Assembly: GCA_045129695.1 (NCBI GenBank)
Contig: JBGVJZ010000009.1
Coordinates: forward strand, 15,392-79,391
DNA: 64,000 bases
Reading direction: 5' to 3'
Origin: Lachnospiraceae bacterium
GTDB lineage: Bacteria; Bacillota; Clostridia; Lachnospirales; Lachnospiraceae
The notes beneath the pieces were generated by a model that saw nothing but the letters and a program-made list of their open reading frames with translations, was not told where the DNA came from and did not search any database. This document shows positions 61,218 to 64,000 of the stretch, piece after piece. The position numbers and the translations under genes are program-made. The first letter of the stretch is position 1, and every line of letters starts with the position of its first letter.

Positions 61218-62588
61218 TTGGCCAAAAAGAGAAACAATGTCATACGTTTTTCACGTAAACCGGATGTTAATATTGGATTAATATTATTTATAGTTATATT
61301 TGTATATATAGTTATTTCCGTATTTATTTTTGTTTTTTCCAAAAAAACCACTATTTATCAGGTTAGTGCGGGTTCTCTTGCCTATGATAATTCTTTTACA
61401 GGTTTTATTATAAGGGATGAAGAGGTAATCAAATCCGATTATTCAGGAAATGTAAATTTCTTTCTCAATAATGGACAGCGTGCATCAATCGGAACAGTAG
61501 TATATTCTGTAGATGAGACCGGAAGAGTATATGATAAAATTAAAGCAAGTATTGATGACGAGCTTAATTCGGATGAAATGACCGAAATCAAAAATATGCT
61601 GGCTGATTTTTCTGTATCTTATTCTGCATCAGAATTTTATAATGTATACAGGGTACGTGAGCATATAACTGATAAAATATACGAGTATCAGGCCTACGAT
61701 ATTGCAAATCATCTTGAAGAATATATTTCTGACACAGAAAGCATGGATTTCTTTCATCCTATAGAGGCTGATATTACAGGACTTGTTTCCTATGTGATTG
61801 ATGGTTATGAAGCAATCAGTGAGACGGCTTTAACAGATACTGTATTTAACCAGAATGATTATACTTCAACCAATCTTCAGAACACAGAGCTCATTAACCA
61901 GGGCGATGCAGCTTATAAGCTTGTTAAAAGTGATGTGTGGTATATTTATATTCAGTTGGATGAGAATCAGTCAGCAGCACTTTCTGATTCTACCAAAATC
62001 AATCTTAATTTTATTAACAAAGACATCCAGTGTGTTGCTGATTTTTCACAGATTACGACAGGCGGTAAGACATACGGCAGAATTGAGCTGTCCAAATATA
62101 TGGTTAATTTTATTGAAGACCGTTATGTGCAAATTGAAATTACAGAGAACAATATAAGTGGACTTAAAGTTCCGGTATCAGCGGTTTTTAATAAGGGTTT
62201 TTACACAATTCCTAAGGAATATCTGACTCTTTCCGGTACTTTTATCCGTAAATATTATAACGAGAATGGTCAGATAATGACTGAGGCAATTGATACCACC
62301 ATCTATGAAGAAAATGATAAATATTATTTCGTCTCAATGGATGATTTTAAAAGTGGTGATATTCTGATGCTTCCTGATTCTGATGAAACATATATAGTAG
62401 GTACGATGGATGAATTAACCGGCGTATACTGTATTAATAAAGGCTACGCAGTTTTTAAAAAGGTTGATATTCTTGAGCAGAATGAAGAATATTATATAAT
62501 TCGTAAGGGTACAACATATGGTCTCGCAATATATGACCATATTGTATTGGATTATACCACTATTAAAGAGTATGAAATTATTAACTAG
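61218..62588 (+). CDS. HlyD/membrane-fusion-like protein (orphan)
   Basis: N-terminal TM, hybrid-barrel-like SG.V.F..NG.R...G..VYSV, helical region, beta-rich C-terminus; TTG start with GAGGG. Confidence 0.7.
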   Translation: MAKKRNNVIRFSRKPDVNIGLILFIVIFVYIVISVFIFVFSKKTTIYQVSAGSLAYDNSFTGFIIRDEEVIKSDYSGNVNFFLNNGQRASIGTVVYSVDETGRVYDKIKASIDDELNSDEMTEIKNMLADFSVSYSASEFYNVYRVREHITDKIYEYQAYDIANHLEEYISDTESMDFFHPIEADITGLVSYVIDGYEAISETALTDTVFNQNDYTSTNLQNTELINQGDAAYKLVKSDVWYIYIQLDENQSAALSDSTKINLNFINKDIQCVADFSQITTGGKTYGRIELSKYMVNFIEDRYVQIEITENNISGLKVPVSAVFNKGFYTIPKEYLTLSGTFIRKYYNENGQIMTEAIDTTIYEENDKYYFVSMDDFKSGDILMLPDSDETYIVGTMDELTGVYCINKGYAVFKKVDILEQNEEYYIIRKGTTYGLAIYDHIVLDYTTIKEYEIIN

Positions 62589-62597
62589 GAGATTTTT

Positions 62598-63314
62598 ATG
62601 TTAAGCAATAATCTTAATTTAGTACAACAAAAGATTAATGAAGCTGCCACAAAAGCAGGCAGAAACCCCTCTGATATTACGTTGATTGCTGTTAGTAAAA
62701 CTAAACCGGCAGAGATGATATCTGAAGTATATAACTGCGGTATAAGGGAATTTGGTGAGAATAAAGTCCAGGAAATATTAGCCAAAAGTCCAATGCTTCC
62801 TGATGATATTAACTGGCATATGATTGGACATCTGCAACGCAATAAGGTTAAACAGGTAATTTCCCGAACTGTTTTAATTCATTCCGTAGATTCATTAAGA
62901 CTGGCACAGACAATCAGCGACGAGGCAGTTAAGCAGGAGATTACAGTTTCTGTTCTTTTGGAGGTTAATGTTGCGGCAGAGGACACCAAATTCGGTTTTA
63001 CCATTGATGAAACACCAGCTGCATTAATAGAAATATCCAAAATGCCTAATATACTGGTAAGAGGATTAATGACGAGTGCACCTTTTGTGGACAATCCTGA
63101 GGAGAATAGAGTATATTTTAAACAATTAAAGCAATTATGTGTTGACTTAAAGGCAAAAAACATTGATAATACAAGTATGGATTTTTTGTCCATGGGAATG
63201 ACTAATGATTTCCAGGTTGCCATAGAAGAAGGAGCCACACATGTAAGGGTCGGCACAGCTATTTTTGGCGAAAGAAATTATACCAATCGAGAGATATCTC
63301 CCGTCTCCAATTAA
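62598..63314 (+). CDS. yggS: PLP homeostasis protein YggS/YlmE
   Basis: LIAVSKT, FGENKVQE, WHMIGHLQRNK, LSMGMTND, VRVGTAIFG.R. Confidence 0.98.
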   Translation: MLSNNLNLVQQKINEAATKAGRNPSDITLIAVSKTKPAEMISEVYNCGIREFGENKVQEILAKSPMLPDDINWHMIGHLQRNKVKQVISRTVLIHSVDSLRLAQTISDEAVKQEITVSVLLEVNVAAEDTKFGFTIDETPAALIEISKMPNILVRGLMTSAPFVDNPEENRVYFKQLKQLCVDLKAKNIDNTSMDFLSMGMTNDFQVAIEEGATHVRVGTAIFGERNYTNREISPVSN

Positions 63315-63363
63315 ATTTCAGGTGACGGGTAAGTCTTGAAAATATAAGAAAGAGGAGAATATT

Positions 63364-63933
63364 ATGGGTTTTATTGACGGATTTCTTGATAAGATGAAAT
63401 TTGGTGATAACGATGATGATGATCAGGTATACGACGGATACGATGATGCAGATGATGATGAGGACATTCCTGCTCCTAAAGCTAAGAAAAAGGATAGAAG
63501 CGAGAATACTTTTAAGAGTTCAGAACCTGAGGAGGATTATGACGAACCGGCTAAGCCTGTTTCCAAGCCAAACAGATTTGCACGTACCTCTAAATCTTCC
63601 CGACCGGCCACAAACTCAAGGATTGTAAGAATGGGAGGCTCTACACCTATGGAAGTATGTATAATTAAACCTACAAATGTAGAGGACGGAAGAGAAATTG
63701 CAAACACCTTAATTGATGGTAAAGCAGTTGTTCTTAACCTCGAGGGAATCGATGTTGAGCTTGCACAGCGTATAATTGATTTTACATCAGGTGCATGCTT
63801 TGCAATTAATGGTAATTTACAGAAGGTATCCAATTATATTTTTATTATCACACCGGAATCAGTTGATATTTCAGGTGATTTTCAGGGATACATATCCAGT
63901 GAAGGCTCTTTTGCACAGGATTTAAGATTTTAA
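63364..63933 (+). CDS. sepF: Cell division protein SepF
   Basis: VVLNLEG....AQRIIDF..GA..A..G, IFIITP; acidic N-terminal linker. Confidence 0.96.
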   Translation: MGFIDGFLDKMKFGDNDDDDQVYDGYDDADDDEDIPAPKAKKKDRSENTFKSSEPEEDYDEPAKPVSKPNRFARTSKSSRPATNSRIVRMGGSTPMEVCIIKPTNVEDGREIANTLIDGKAVVLNLEGIDVELAQRIIDFTSGACFAINGNLQKVSNYIFIITPESVDISGDFQGYISSEGSFAQDLRF

Positions 63934-64000
63934 TGAAGGATGAAGAACGATTAATTTGTAACCGGTTATTGGATATGGCGAATAATTGCTATTATCGTAA
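63933..64000 (+). CDS. ylmH: YlmH-like RNA-binding protein (5' fragment, runs off window)
   Basis: TAATG overlap with sepF stop; MKDEERLICNRLLDMA; expected position after sepF. Confidence 0.65.
   Translation, partial: MKDEERLICNRLLDMANNCYYR

Noticed and set aside
61246-61263. parS-like TTTTTCACGTAAACC
   Set aside because: About 4 mismatches to TGTTTCACGTGAAACA and inside a coding region.
63405-63465. GAT-rich trinucleotide repeats
   Set aside because: Encode the acidic disordered SepF linker; not a spaced repeat array.
963-63833. Numerous 60-160 aa antisense or out-of-frame ORFs within long genes
   Set aside because: Fully nested in recognised conserved genes, with no motifs or RBS that I could see.
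1-64000. CRISPR arrays, IS/integrase/phage genes, defence or toxin-antitoxin systems, tRNA/rRNA
   Set aside because: No spaced direct repeats, transposase or integrase motifs, or structural RNA signatures seen; the largest intergenic gaps (under about 150 nt) are explained by promoters, leaders and terminators.

Overview
Low-GC, almost entirely chromosomal housekeeping DNA from a spore-forming Clostridia-class firmicute. Lachnospiraceae-like is an inference from gene order and protein style. All supported genes but one (DUF378) are on the + strand, consistent with leading-strand co-orientation. Order: acpP-rnc-smc-ftsY; a threonine dehydratase plus Ktr K+ uptake block; ylxM-ffh-rpsP-khpA-rimM-trmD; two accessory membrane-anchored genes; rplS-lepB-rbgA-rnhB; FliK-like/FlhB-CC/YraN/PgeF; der-plsY-gpsA-spoIVA; membrane-anchored MutS-like ATPase and rnhA; a 59-aa unannotated membrane ORF; alaS; rpsU; yqfC-yqfD-phoH-ybeY-cdd; a BofC-like gene; two flavoproteins; proB..proA; miaB-sulP-mutS-mutL-miaA-ynbB; radC-mreBCD-pbp2-minCDE-rodA-mgsA-dac; DUF378; HlyD-like-yggS-sepF-ylmH. 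I found no rRNA, tRNA, CRISPR array, transposase, integrase, phage or defence island. No large novel system is demonstrable from sequence alone. The best leads are small: (i) an RNA stem that would hide the spoIVA ribosome-binding site only in read-through transcripts, (ii) an inverted pair of TTGACA hexamers at the ylxM promoter, (iii) an MreB lacking both catalytic acidic residues, and (iv) several orphan membrane proteins inserted in core operons. Promoters and RNA folds were called by eye and not computed.
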